IMG/VR virus record: IMGVR_UViG_3300036945_000814
Location: 1-64,000 of that record
Source of the DNA: a virus
DNA length: 64,000 nucleotides
Strand: one strand, 5' to 3'
The notes under the pieces were generated by a model. That model saw only the letters and a list, made by a program, of their open reading frames with translations, was not told the DNA's origin and did no database searches. The position numbers and the translations under genes are program-made. Of this stretch, positions 9,406-18,046 are shown one piece after another. How positions within the stretch are numbered: position 1 is the stretch's first letter; every line of letters begins with the position of its first letter.

Positions 9406-10422
9406 GTGATCATTTTTTCGGACCTCCACCTTGAGCCCAAGAGCGCCGAGACGGCGCTTGAGGTGCTTCGTCGCATCCCTGACGTGTGCAGGGCGCGGAA
9501 GGACAAGCACGTCGCGTTCCTCGGCGACTTCTGGATGGTCCGCCACACGCTGCCGGTGAAGCTGGCGCTCGACGCGCGCGACATCATGCGCTCGTGGTTC
9601 ACCTCGGGCGCCGTGGATCGGTTCGACGTTCTCGTCGGCAACCACGATCAGATCGACCTCGACGGGCGCAACGCGCTTGAGGTGTTCGACGACCTCGGGC
9701 ACGGCACCGTCGTCCACACCGAGCCCGGCTGGACGCCGGCCGGGTTCTGGCTGCCATACCGGCACACGCACGACGAGATCCGCGAGATCCTGCGGGCGGC
9801 GACGGCGACGGCGCGCAACGAGCCGCCCGTGTTGTTCGCGCACATCGGCCTGCTCGGCGCGTGGATGAACAACACCAAGCGCGACGACTTCGGCTTCCCC
9901 GCCAGCGAGATCGTCGACCTCGGATTCAAGCGCGTGTTCTGCGGCCACTACCACCGGCACAACATGGTGCAGAAGGGCGTGCTCTACGTCGGGTCGCCGT
10001 ATCAGGTGAGCTACGCCGAGGCCGATCAGGAGAAGGGCGTCCTCTCGTGGGACGGCCAGCGATCCGAGTTCATCCCGTGGGAGGTCGGCGCGCGCCACTA
10101 CAAGGTCGTGTTCGACGCCGACCACCCGGCGGCACTGGAAATGCCCCGCGTTCGCCCCGGTGACAAGCTGTGGGTCGTCGTCAAGGGCCAGATGGCCGGC
10201 GCCGCGCAAAAGGCCGTGCAGGACAACCTCACCGCGCTGGGCATCACCCCTGCGCGCATCGACGTCGACTTGCAGCCGGAGCTTGCCGCGGCCCGCATCG
10301 ACATCCGCCCCGAGGAAACCCGCGCGCAGCTCGCCGCGCGCTACGTCGCCGCGCAGGACATCCCCGAGGACTACCGCGCGCTCTTGCTCACCACGCTCGC
10401 CACCGTCACGAAGGCCCCATGA
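9406..10422 (+). CDS. sbcD: SbcD/Mre11 metallophosphoesterase nuclease
   Basis: FSDLH, LGD, VGNHD, FAH, GHYH, YVGSP motifs; GTG at 9406 after GAGGA (the ORF-track start at 9070 is too long). Confidence 0.93.
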   Translation: MIIFSDLHLEPKSAETALEVLRRIPDVCRARKDKHVAFLGDFWMVRHTLPVKLALDARDIMRSWFTSGAVDRFDVLVGNHDQIDLDGRNALEVFDDLGHGTVVHTEPGWTPAGFWLPYRHTHDEIREILRAATATARNEPPVLFAHIGLLGAWMNNTKRDDFGFPASEIVDLGFKRVFCGHYHRHNMVQKGVLYVGSPYQVSYAEADQEKGVLSWDGQRSEFIPWEVGARHYKVVFDADHPAALEMPRVRPGDKLWVVVKGQMAGAAQKAVQDNLTALGITPARIDVDLQPELAAARIDIRPEETRAQLAARYVAAQDIPEDYRALLLTTLATVTKAP

Positions 10423-10739
10423 GCGAAGCCGGTAACGCTCGCCGTTTGCGCGAGATCGAAAGGCGCGTCAGCCGCGCCACGTTCGCTCCGTGGTCTGTCG
10501 GCGACGACGCCGGCATCCGCCGGGGAGGTATCCGGTTGTTCGAGGGCGTGAAGGGCGGCGAGCAGGATCGCGACAACGCGCATTTTGTCGCCGCTGCACG
10601 GGACGACATCCCGTGGCTTCTGGCGCGTGTCGCGCAGCTTGAGGCCGCGTTGCAGACGCTCCCGAAGAACCCTTCGCGCAGCGCCATGAACGCGCTCGCC
10701 TTGGACGCGCTTGAGCGCGACCCGATTGACGAGGAATAG
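10419..10739 (+). CDS. Ead/Ea22-like small phage protein
   Basis: RATFAPW...DNAHFVAAARDDIPWLLARV pattern. Confidence 0.6.
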   Translation: MSEAGNARRLREIERRVSRATFAPWSVGDDAGIRRGGIRLFEGVKGGEQDRDNAHFVAAARDDIPWLLARVAQLEAALQTLPKNPSRSAMNALALDALERDPIDEE

Positions 10740-12752
10740 ATGCGCCTGCTCCACCTCACTGCTACCAACTTCGGCCCGTTCGCCGACCCCGGCGTCGACC
10801 TCGACCTCGCAGGGCAAGGGCTCGTCGCCGTCGTCGGCACCAACCGCACCGACCCCGGATTCGACGCCAACGGCGTCGGCAAGAGCAGCATCCTCGACGC
10901 GCTCATGTGGGCGCTGTTTGGCGAGACGGGCGCCCGCCGCGAGACGTCGAGCAACGACAGCGGGCTCAAGGGCGATGAGGTCGTCAACGAGCGCGCCGGC
11001 AAGGACTGCGTCGTCGTCGTCGACTTCGCGCGCGACAACGGGCAAGTCGTGCGCGTGCGCCGCTGGCGTCGCGCCAAGCCGGACGCCGACAGCAAGCGCG
11101 GCAGCGGCGTCGACGTTGCGGAGCGCGTTCACGAGGGAACGTCGGTGGCGTTCGTGCAGGTTGCCAACCTCGACAAGAGCAACGTGCAGGCCGCCATCGA
11201 CTCGCGACTCGGGTTCGATCGCACACTGTTTTGCCAGACGGTTGTTCGCGGGCAGGAGGACACGTTTTCGTTCGCGCAGGCCACGCCCAAAGAGCGGTTC
11301 GACATCCTCACGCAGATCGAAGACCTGTCGGAGCTGGACGCATGGGACGAGAGGTTTCGAGCCCGCGCGCGCTTGCTCGCTCACGAGCTGGCGGTCCTGT
11401 CCGGTGCGACCCGCGGCAAAGAGGCCACGATCACCGTCTACCGCGAGCAGGCCGTCCGCGACGCCGACGCCGCCGAGCGGTGGGAAAGCGACAGGCAGGG
11501 ACGCCTCGGTGAGCTGCACCGGCGCCACGGCGCCGCGCTCGGCGCCCTCGCCGAAGTCGACGCCCGCTTGGCGACCAAGGCCGACCACGGCGTGCGCCTT
11601 GCCGGCGTCGACGCCGCCCTCGCCGCCCTACAGCCGCCGGCAGAGCCCGCCGACCTCGCCGCGTGGGAGCAGCATCACCGCGAGCTGCAAGCGCAGCTCG
11701 GGGCAGCCCGCGGCGAACGGGACCGGATCTCGGCCAAGCTCACGCGCATGGCCGCGCAGCGTGAAGGTGAGTGCGAGTCGTGCGGGCAGGCCGTGACCGG
11801 CGATCACCTCACCGCGCACCGCGGGCAGCTTGAAGCCGACGCCTACGCCGCCAACGTGAAGCTCACCACGGTTTCGTCGTTGGCCAACGACGCCGCCGCC
11901 GTCATCCGTACCGCCCGACAAGCCTACGAGCAGGCACGGGCCGCTGTGCAGGCGCAGCGCGGGCAACTGGAGTACGAGCGCGGGCAACTGCTCGGCGCTC
12001 TCGGCGCCGCGCGGGCCGAAGAGGCCGGTCGCGCGCGCATCGTCGAGCAGCTTGTGCGCCTCGATGCCGACGTCGCATCGACGGCCAGCGCCGCCAACCC
12101 CGTGCAGGCCGTGTCCGCCGACCGTGAGGCCGTGCTTGCGGGCCTTGAGGCCGAGCTTGCCGCCGCCAAGGCCGCGGAGTCTGGCAAGGCCGCCGAGGCG
12201 GGCCTGTGCGAGTGGTGGACGCGCAATATCCCGTCGCTCAAGGCATGGATCTTCGACAGCGTCGTCGGGGAGATCACCCGCGAGGCAAACCGCTGGCTGT
12301 CGGTGCTCACCGGCGGCCTGTGCTGGGTCGAGGTCACGGCGACGTCGACCACGAAGGCCGGCGACGTGCGCGACAAGATCGGGCTCAAGTGCCTGCGCTG
12401 GAACCCTGACGGGACGACGACCGAGCGCGAGTACCGCCAATGGAGCGGCGGCGAAAAGCGGCGCATCGCACTGGCGATCGATTGGGCGCTCGCCCACCGT
12501 CTCGGCCAGCGGTCCAAGGGCGTCTGCACGTTCCTCGCGCTCGACGAGGTGGACCGACACCTTGACGCCGGAGGACGTTCCGGGCTCCTATCTGCCATTG
12601 ACATTCTTCGTCGCGAGAAGGAGAGCATTATTATCGTGTCTCACGATCCAGACTTCCGCGCGAAGCCCGACGTGACATGGCGTGTGATCAAACAATCGAC
12701 GGGTTCCGTCGTGGAGGTTTCAAGTGGTCGAAAAGATCAAAGCAAAGCATGA
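10740..12752 (+). CDS. sbcC: SbcC/Rad50 SMC-like ATPase
   Basis: NFGPF, Walker A NGVGKSS, Q-loop, coiled coil with CESC zinc hook, WSGGE signature, LALDE Walker B, IVSH. Confidence 0.95.
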   Translation: MRLLHLTATNFGPFADPGVDLDLAGQGLVAVVGTNRTDPGFDANGVGKSSILDALMWALFGETGARRETSSNDSGLKGDEVVNERAGKDCVVVVDFARDNGQVVRVRRWRRAKPDADSKRGSGVDVAERVHEGTSVAFVQVANLDKSNVQAAIDSRLGFDRTLFCQTVVRGQEDTFSFAQATPKERFDILTQIEDLSELDAWDERFRARARLLAHELAVLSGATRGKEATITVYREQAVRDADAAERWESDRQGRLGELHRRHGAALGALAEVDARLATKADHGVRLAGVDAALAALQPPAEPADLAAWEQHHRELQAQLGAARGERDRISAKLTRMAAQREGECESCGQAVTGDHLTAHRGQLEADAYAANVKLTTVSSLANDAAAVIRTARQAYEQARAAVQAQRGQLEYERGQLLGALGAARAEEAGRARIVEQLVRLDADVASTASAANPVQAVSADREAVLAGLEAELAAAKAAESGKAAEAGLCEWWTRNIPSLKAWIFDSVVGEITREANRWLSVLTGGLCWVEVTATSTTKAGDVRDKIGLKCLRWNPDGTTTEREYRQWSGGEKRRIALAIDWALAHRLGQRSKGVCTFLALDEVDRHLDAGGRSGLLSAIDILRREKESIIIVSHDPDFRAKPDVTWRVIKQSTGSVVEVSSGRKDQSKA

Positions 12753-13242
12753 GCCGGAGTGGCATCTGCTCGAAGGTTTCTTCACGCGCGAAGACGGCAT
12801 GGAGCCCGCGAGCATCGACGGCGTGCCCGTGCTCATCCCCGGCAAGCTCGGGGAAGTCCCCGTGATCCAGATTCCCGCGTCGGCGACGCCCGACGTGTTC
12901 GATCGGATCTCCAAGGCCGTCATTGAAGCCGCCGGCGTCGAGCCGTTCATCATCACGAGCAACGTGCAGATTCTCCGGTTCAAGCGAATCAGCGAGAAGA
13001 AGGCGAAGGCGATGATGGCGAAGACGAAAGAGCAACTGAGCAGAATCGGAGCAGAGCGTGATCGACTTCAAGGCGAAGATGAAGCAGCCGCCGACGCCGA
13101 CGCCGAAGAGGGCGATGGGGATGGATCTGAGCCCGACGGGCTCGGCGTTGGTGACGCTGGAGCAGACGGAGCCGAGGGGGCCGGTGACGGTGGTGGCGAT
13201 GACGCTGCTCAACCGGGGCTCGTCGAAGAACAAGAAGCCTGA
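12724..13242 (+). CDS. hypothetical protein with a long acidic C-terminal tail overlapping the resolvase gene
   Basis: GGAGG SD before the GTG; globular N-terminus; D/E/G tail. Confidence 0.7.
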   Translation: MVEKIKAKHEPEWHLLEGFFTREDGMEPASIDGVPVLIPGKLGEVPVIQIPASATPDVFDRISKAVIEAAGVEPFIITSNVQILRFKRISEKKAKAMMAKTKEQLSRIGAERDRLQGEDEAAADADAEEGDGDGSEPDGLGVGDAGADGAEGAGDGGGDDAAQPGLVEEQEA

Positions 13243-13741
13243 CGACGCGAACCTCAAGGGGTTCTCGACGGCCAACCTCGCCTACGTCGGCGCCGCCGTC
13301 GGGTACGAGCTGTCGACGCGCAAGCCCGGCATCGTCTGCCTTGAGGACTACTCCGGCGGCCACGGCCCGCAGGCGATCCACCTCCCGTTCATCGGTGAGG
13401 TGGGCGGCGTCGCGAAGCTGTGGATGCACCAGACGCAGGTGCGGTGGTACGAGCTGGCCGCGTCGACGCTCAAGAAGTTCGTCACGGGCTCCGGCGCCGG
13501 CAAGAAAGAGCAAATGTGGCTCGGCGCCTATAAGCGGTGGGGCGTCGACGCCACCGTGCTCGGCGACGACAACAACGTGCTCGACGCCTACTGCCTCGCC
13601 CGCGCCGGCCTCGCCCTCTTGTGGCACGAGGAAGATCCATCGACGATGACGAAGACCGACGCCGTCGCGCTCAAGCCGATCCGCGTCGGCGGATCGCCGC
13701 GCTTGAAGAAACCGAAAGCCAAGAAAGGGATCGACGAATGA
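13058..13741 (+). CDS. ruvC: RuvC-like Holliday junction resolvase (start may be 13079 or 13115)
   Basis: MGMDLSPTGSAL, VCLEDY, GEVGG, LKKFVTGSGAGKKEQM, DDNNVLDAY. Confidence 0.88.
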   Translation: MIDFKAKMKQPPTPTPKRAMGMDLSPTGSALVTLEQTEPRGPVTVVAMTLLNRGSSKNKKPDDANLKGFSTANLAYVGAAVGYELSTRKPGIVCLEDYSGGHGPQAIHLPFIGEVGGVAKLWMHQTQVRWYELAASTLKKFVTGSGAGKKEQMWLGAYKRWGVDATVLGDDNNVLDAYCLARAGLALLWHEEDPSTMTKTDAVALKPIRVGGSPRLKKPKAKKGIDE

Positions 13742-14196
13742 TGAACAACGACGACGCCGTTGCCCGCTGGGAGGCCCGCAACGCGAAAAAGCTCTTCGCC
13801 GAAGAAGTGCAGGCCATCGAAGACCGCCGCAAGAACCGCATGATCGCGTTCACGCGCACGGACCTCATGCGCGCGACGCTGGCCGAGGCCGCCTACCGGA
13901 CGGCCGTCGCCCTCGGCATCCCGCCCAACCTGTGCCGCGCTGCGCTCGTGCCCGACCCGGAGACGAAGAAGTACAAGCCCGGCATCGAGATCGACAAGAG
14001 CGTGCCCGTCGACGAGGTCGCCCTGCGGCACGTCTTCGGCTTCGCCTTTCGGCAGGTGAGCGAAGAATGGTCGTTTGACCTCGCCTACGCCGCCCACGAC
14101 GCGCAGTACGCCCCGCAGCTCGCTGAATCCATCCCCCGGAAAGAAGACCTCGCCGCCTTCGGCCAGCGCGTGAAGGCATGGCTGCAACCGGCATGA
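13738..14196 (+). CDS. hypothetical protein
   Basis: ATGA coupling; AAAGGG SD. Confidence 0.65.
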   Translation: MMNNDDAVARWEARNAKKLFAEEVQAIEDRRKNRMIAFTRTDLMRATLAEAAYRTAVALGIPPNLCRAALVPDPETKKYKPGIEIDKSVPVDEVALRHVFGFAFRQVSEEWSFDLAYAAHDAQYAPQLAESIPRKEDLAAFGQRVKAWLQPA

Positions 14197-15008
14197 GGCA
14201 ACCCGGCAAGCGCCCCCCGCCGCCACCGAAGGCGCCCCCGGCGAAGGTGGTGGCCCCGCCTCGTTCGCGTGCGCGTGCGCCGCTTGTGGTGGCGGAGCCG
14301 ACGCGCCGCACGCCGGCGGCCGATCTGTTCGCGTCCCTCGACGCCATCCGCGACGCCCACGATCCGACCGCCAGCGCGCAGAGCAAGCGGGAATGGTCGG
14401 GGTGGTTGCGCAAGCTCGCGGCCATGCTCGTGATCAACGACGACCTTGAGCGGTCTGTCGTGAGCTGGCACCGCGAGCATTTCTCGGATCTCATCGGGCT
14501 CGTGACGATACAGAAGTGGTGCCAAGCCGACGGCTGGCTACGCCAGCGTGAAGAACGGATCGCGAAGTTTCGCGAGGCCGTCGAGCGCCAGATCGGCACC
14601 GACAATGTCCGCGCGTTCGTCGACGATCTGCGACGCCTCGACGCCCTGCACACCGACGTCGCTGACAAGCTCGCAGGCAAGGGCAACACGATCAAGCGTC
14701 TCGTCCCCGAGGACGGCAAGATGGTGGAGCGCAGCGTCGACGTCATCCCGGCGACGTTCGACAAAAGATCCGAAGCAATCGCCGCCCTCGTCTCTCTCGA
14801 TCGCCGTCGCGACGAGAAGCGCAAGGGCGTGCTCGGCGGCCTGCCTTCCGCCCTCGGGACCGGGGCAGCACCCGGAGGCGTCACCGTGAGCACTACAATC
14901 ACCCTGAGCCCTGCCGTGGCGCGGGCAATGGCGCGGGCCAAGCTCGTTGCCGAGCGCGGCGAAGTCGAGGGCGTGACGGCGCCCGAGGAAGGCGAGGACG
15001 ACGAATGA
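14193..15008 (+). CDS. hypothetical protein, possible terminase small subunit
   Basis: TIQKWCQADGWLRQRE resembles the HTH end of TerS proteins; helical C-terminal half; Pro-rich N-terminus. Confidence 0.45.
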   Translation: MRQPGKRPPPPPKAPPAKVVAPPRSRARAPLVVAEPTRRTPAADLFASLDAIRDAHDPTASAQSKREWSGWLRKLAAMLVINDDLERSVVSWHREHFSDLIGLVTIQKWCQADGWLRQREERIAKFREAVERQIGTDNVRAFVDDLRRLDALHTDVADKLAGKGNTIKRLVPEDGKMVERSVDVIPATFDKRSEAIAALVSLDRRRDEKRKGVLGGLPSALGTGAAPGGVTVSTTITLSPAVARAMARAKLVAERGEVEGVTAPEEGEDDE

Positions 15009-15226
15009 GCGGCCAGCAAGTCGACCACCCGAAGCACTACGGCGGCGACACGCCCTATGAGGCGATCAAGGTCATCGAGGCGTGGCAGCTCGGGTTCTGC
15101 CTCGGCAACACGGTCAAGTACATCGCGAGGGCCGACCACAAGGGATCGCGCCTGACGGATTTGGAGAAGGCCGCGTGGTATCTCGCTCGTGAGATCCAAC
15201 GCGAGAAGGAACGCCAGAAGGGGTGA
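15005..15226 (+). CDS. DUF3310 (SaV-like) protein
   Basis: VDHPKHY, GFCLGNTVKYIARADHKG, DLEKAAWYL. Confidence 0.9.
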   Translation: MSGQQVDHPKHYGGDTPYEAIKVIEAWQLGFCLGNTVKYIARADHKGSRLTDLEKAAWYLAREIQREKERQKG

Positions 15227-15227
15227 C

Positions 15228-15602
15228 GTGGACAGTGTCGTCGTTCTGCGGCAGGCGTACAAACGCCCGACTCGTCCGGCTCCTCCGGCGTCGTTGCGGC
15301 GCGCCTACAAGCGGGGCCGCCACCCGTCTGACGAGCTGTTGCCGACCGCGCCGAAAGACCCGCGGCCAAAGTGGTTCCTCGACGTTCTCATGCTCGGCGC
15401 CGTCCGTTGTCCGCGGAAGTGGTCAGAGATCGCCATTGAGGGCTGCGCGCAGCTCCAAGCCTCGCAGCACGACCAATGCGCGGCCGTGAAGTGCGTTTTT
15501 CTCGGCAAGGGCGGGATGTTCATGGCCGAGGTGGACGCCTGCAAAAGAGCGGGGATCGCGCCGAAGACCGGGCCGCGAGGGAAGCTCCCGATCGTGCCGT
15601 GA
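15228..15602 (+). CDS. hypothetical protein with Cys cluster
   Basis: GTG after GAAGGGG; fills the gap between neighbouring genes. Confidence 0.55.
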   Translation: MDSVVVLRQAYKRPTRPAPPASLRRAYKRGRHPSDELLPTAPKDPRPKWFLDVLMLGAVRCPRKWSEIAIEGCAQLQASQHDQCAAVKCVFLGKGGMFMAEVDACKRAGIAPKTGPRGKLPIVP

Positions 15603-15612
15603 AGGCCGCCGC

Positions 15613-15637
15613 CGACAAGCGCGCATCGCGGCGATAG
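15613..15637 (+). promoter_or_regulatory. CGACAA-N12-GCGATAG motif
   Basis: Exact match, 7-10 nt before the next start. Confidence 0.7.
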
Positions 15638-15646
15638 ATCCCTGTG

Positions 15647-15988
15647 ATGACAAAACGAAAGACCCCGGCCGATGTCCGCCTTGCAGGCGGCGCCATGACC
15701 TTCGCAATGCTGCACGGCGACCACGCCGCGGCCACAGCCGCGCTCGTCGAGAAGTACGCCCGTCGGATCCAAGCCAGCCCCGCCGACGACGCGCGAGGAC
15801 ACCTCGTCCAGTTCGCCACCGAAGCCTTTGGAGGCTTCTGCGACCGCACGGCGGCCGGCTTCGTCGCGTGGGTCGAGGAGGGCGGCATTCAGTGCCCGTC
15901 GTGCGACGAAGGCACGGCGGAAATGCACCGCATCGACGACGAGGGAGGCTTTGCTTGCGCCGCCTGCGGCTACAAAGAGACGAGGTGA
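15647..15988 (+). CDS. hypothetical protein with C-terminal Zn ribbon
   Basis: CPSC...CAACG. Confidence 0.65.
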   Translation: MTKRKTPADVRLAGGAMTFAMLHGDHAAATAALVEKYARRIQASPADDARGHLVQFATEAFGGFCDRTAAGFVAWVEEGGIQCPSCDEGTAEMHRIDDEGGFACAACGYKETR

Positions 15989-16257
15989 GCGACGACGTCA
16001 TGCTCATCCTGACAGGCAGCGAGCACCGTCGGCTCGTCGAGCTGGCGTTGCGGACGCTCACGATCGACAGCATCGACGACGAGACGCACCTATTCATCCG
16101 CAAGCTCGTCCACCCACGACAGATCCAAGACATAGGAATAGGAGACGCCCACCATGACGACGACGACAACGACAAAGCCTGCCAAGTCCCCCCGCAAACG
16201 CAAAGCGGCTGCCCCCGGTGCGGATGCCCCGTCGGCTCCCGATTCATCCGTCGCTGA
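15985..16257 (+). CDS. hypothetical protein overlapping the clamp gene start
   Basis: GTGA coupling; the 3' part overlaps 16154. Confidence 0.4.
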   Translation: MSDDVMLILTGSEHRRLVELALRTLTIDSIDDETHLFIRKLVHPRQIQDIGIGDAHHDDDDNDKACQVPPQTQSGCPRCGCPVGSRFIRR

Positions 16258-17485
16258 CGACGGCGGCACGCTGGCCCGGATCCATGCCGCCGGCATCGCC
16301 TCTCTGGCGCCATCGTCGGCAATGGAGCCGCAGGCGCAGAGCCTCACGCGCGCGGACGCGGACGACGCTGCCGCCGATGCCGCCGCCGCCGAAGAGGCGG
16401 GCTCGCTGCTCGCGTCAGCCCTCGCGAGGGCCTTGAGGTTCGCGGACAAGGAGCGCGCCCTCGTCCGGCTCACCAGCGGGAGCGTGACGGCCACCAGCCC
16501 GCGGGGCACCATCATCGTGCCGTGGGATGCGCCCACGTTGCCCGCTGACGGCGTTGTGGTCGATGGCCGGCGGCTGCACCGCTGCCTGCGTGCCGCCGGC
16601 CCTGTCGCGCAGCTCCGGGTCGACAGCGCGCGGCTTGTCGTCAGCTTCGGCGCTCGTCGGTTCTCGCTCGCGCTCGTGCCCGAGCAGATCGACGCGCACG
16701 TCCCCACACGGGACGGCGTCGACTTTCAGCCGTTCTTCCCGTCGGTGTTCCGCGCGGCCGCGGCCTTTTCGGGCGACGACAAGATCGAGCCGCCGGAGCT
16801 GAGTGGCGTGAACATTTCCCGCGGCGGCTGCATCGCGTGCGATCGGCGTGGCCTCATCGCCACCACCGGCGCCACCGGCGCGCAGCTCGTGATCACGCTG
16901 CCTCGTGACACGTTCGACGGGCTCTCGGTCGGCGAGGATGGATCCGACGTCGTCTACCTTGGGGTTTCCTCCGAGGGCCACGCCGTCATCGTCGACCCGC
17001 GCACGGGAGAATGGCGCGTCGTCGTCGCGTGGTCGCCGTCGTTCCCTGACGTGCGTGGCGTGCTCTCTCGGTGGGATGCGGCCCTGACGGTCGACATCGA
17101 CAAGGCTGCTTTCGTCTCGGCGCTCAAGCAGTTTCGGATCGTGCAGTCGGCGGGCTCGTCGGTGAAGTTTCGCGTGTGGACGACAGCGCCCGCCGACGGG
17201 GCGGCGGCCGGCGACTGGATCGAAATGGAGGGCGGCGACCCCGGCGTCGCGTGCCAGTTTGTCGCGCGTCTCGGCGTGCGGATTCAGCGCCTCACGCCCG
17301 TCGGCGTGCCCGGCCACGACACGAGCATGATCCGCGTGTGCTTCGCCCTCGACGAGCTGTTGAAGCTCGCCGCCGCTCACCCCGGCGACGTGGTGCGCCT
17401 CGGCTTCGGCAAGGACGAACGCTCGCCCCTCATCGTCAAGAACGCCGCCTTCGAGGCCGGCGTGATGCCGATGGTGGACAGGTAG
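16154..17485 (+). CDS. dnaN: divergent DNA polymerase III beta sliding clamp homologue
   Basis: ELSGVNI...IACDRRGL (cf. LNGV...ATDGHRL), FPDVRGVL, IDKAAFVSALK, VCFALDELL, C-terminal GVMPM; SD AGGAG. Confidence 0.7.
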   Translation: MTTTTTTKPAKSPRKRKAAAPGADAPSAPDSSVADDGGTLARIHAAGIASLAPSSAMEPQAQSLTRADADDAAADAAAAEEAGSLLASALARALRFADKERALVRLTSGSVTATSPRGTIIVPWDAPTLPADGVVVDGRRLHRCLRAAGPVAQLRVDSARLVVSFGARRFSLALVPEQIDAHVPTRDGVDFQPFFPSVFRAAAAFSGDDKIEPPELSGVNISRGGCIACDRRGLIATTGATGAQLVITLPRDTFDGLSVGEDGSDVVYLGVSSEGHAVIVDPRTGEWRVVVAWSPSFPDVRGVLSRWDAALTVDIDKAAFVSALKQFRIVQSAGSSVKFRVWTTAPADGAAAGDWIEMEGGDPGVACQFVARLGVRIQRLTPVGVPGHDTSMIRVCFALDELLKLAAAHPGDVVRLGFGKDERSPLIVKNAAFEAGVMPMVDR

Positions 17486-17487
17486 CC

Positions 17488-17709
17488 ATGTTCGATGGGC
17501 AGCTCGTCATCGACTTTGCGACCGAGCTGCGGCGCCCCCCGCCGGGGTGGGCGTACTGCCCGTGCAGCAAGCTCGTGTCGCTCGCCGACGAGCCGGCCTT
17601 TGCCGAGGACGCGGCGGGCAACATGCGCGCATGGCACCGGCTGTGCCGCATGGCCGAGCACGACGAGCAACGCGCCAAGCGCGCACGACGGAGGCTGCAC
17701 GGTGTTTGA
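17488..17709 (+). CDS. small protein starting MFDGQLVIDF, with a Cys/His cluster
   Basis: ATG 2 nt after the clamp stop; CPC...HRLC. Confidence 0.6.
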   Translation: MFDGQLVIDFATELRRPPPGWAYCPCSKLVSLADEPAFAEDAAGNMRAWHRLCRMAEHDEQRAKRARRRLHGV

Positions 17710-18037
17710 GGGTCAACTGCTCATCGACTTCGGTATCACCGTCGCGTCCGCGTCGCCGCCTGCTCGCGCGTCGGCGCTCTCGACGTCGTCGGCGTCCTAC
17801 GCCGCGGCTGTCGCCACCGGGCAGCTTTCCAAAGCGCGTGCCGAGGTGGTGGAGGCGCTGAGAATGGCCGGCCCGATGACAGGGGCGGAGCTTGACGCAT
17901 GGATGACGGATCGCGGAGGCCGAGGGCACTACCACAAGAGGCTGTCCGAGCTGCGCCGCGCTGGCGCGGCGACGGACGACGGGGCGAGGCCCTGCCGCGT
18001 CACGGGGCGCAAGGCGCTTGTGTGGCGGGCGCTGTAG
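17702..18037 (+). CDS. small winged-helix protein starting MFEGQLLIDF
   Basis: GGAGG SD; GPMTGAEL...HKRLSELRRAG...RPCRVTGRKALVW. Confidence 0.65.
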   Translation: MFEGQLLIDFGITVASASPPARASALSTSSASYAAAVATGQLSKARAEVVEALRMAGPMTGAELDAWMTDRGGRGHYHKRLSELRRAGAATDDGARPCRVTGRKALVWRAL

Positions 18038-18046
18038 CCTCGGCTC

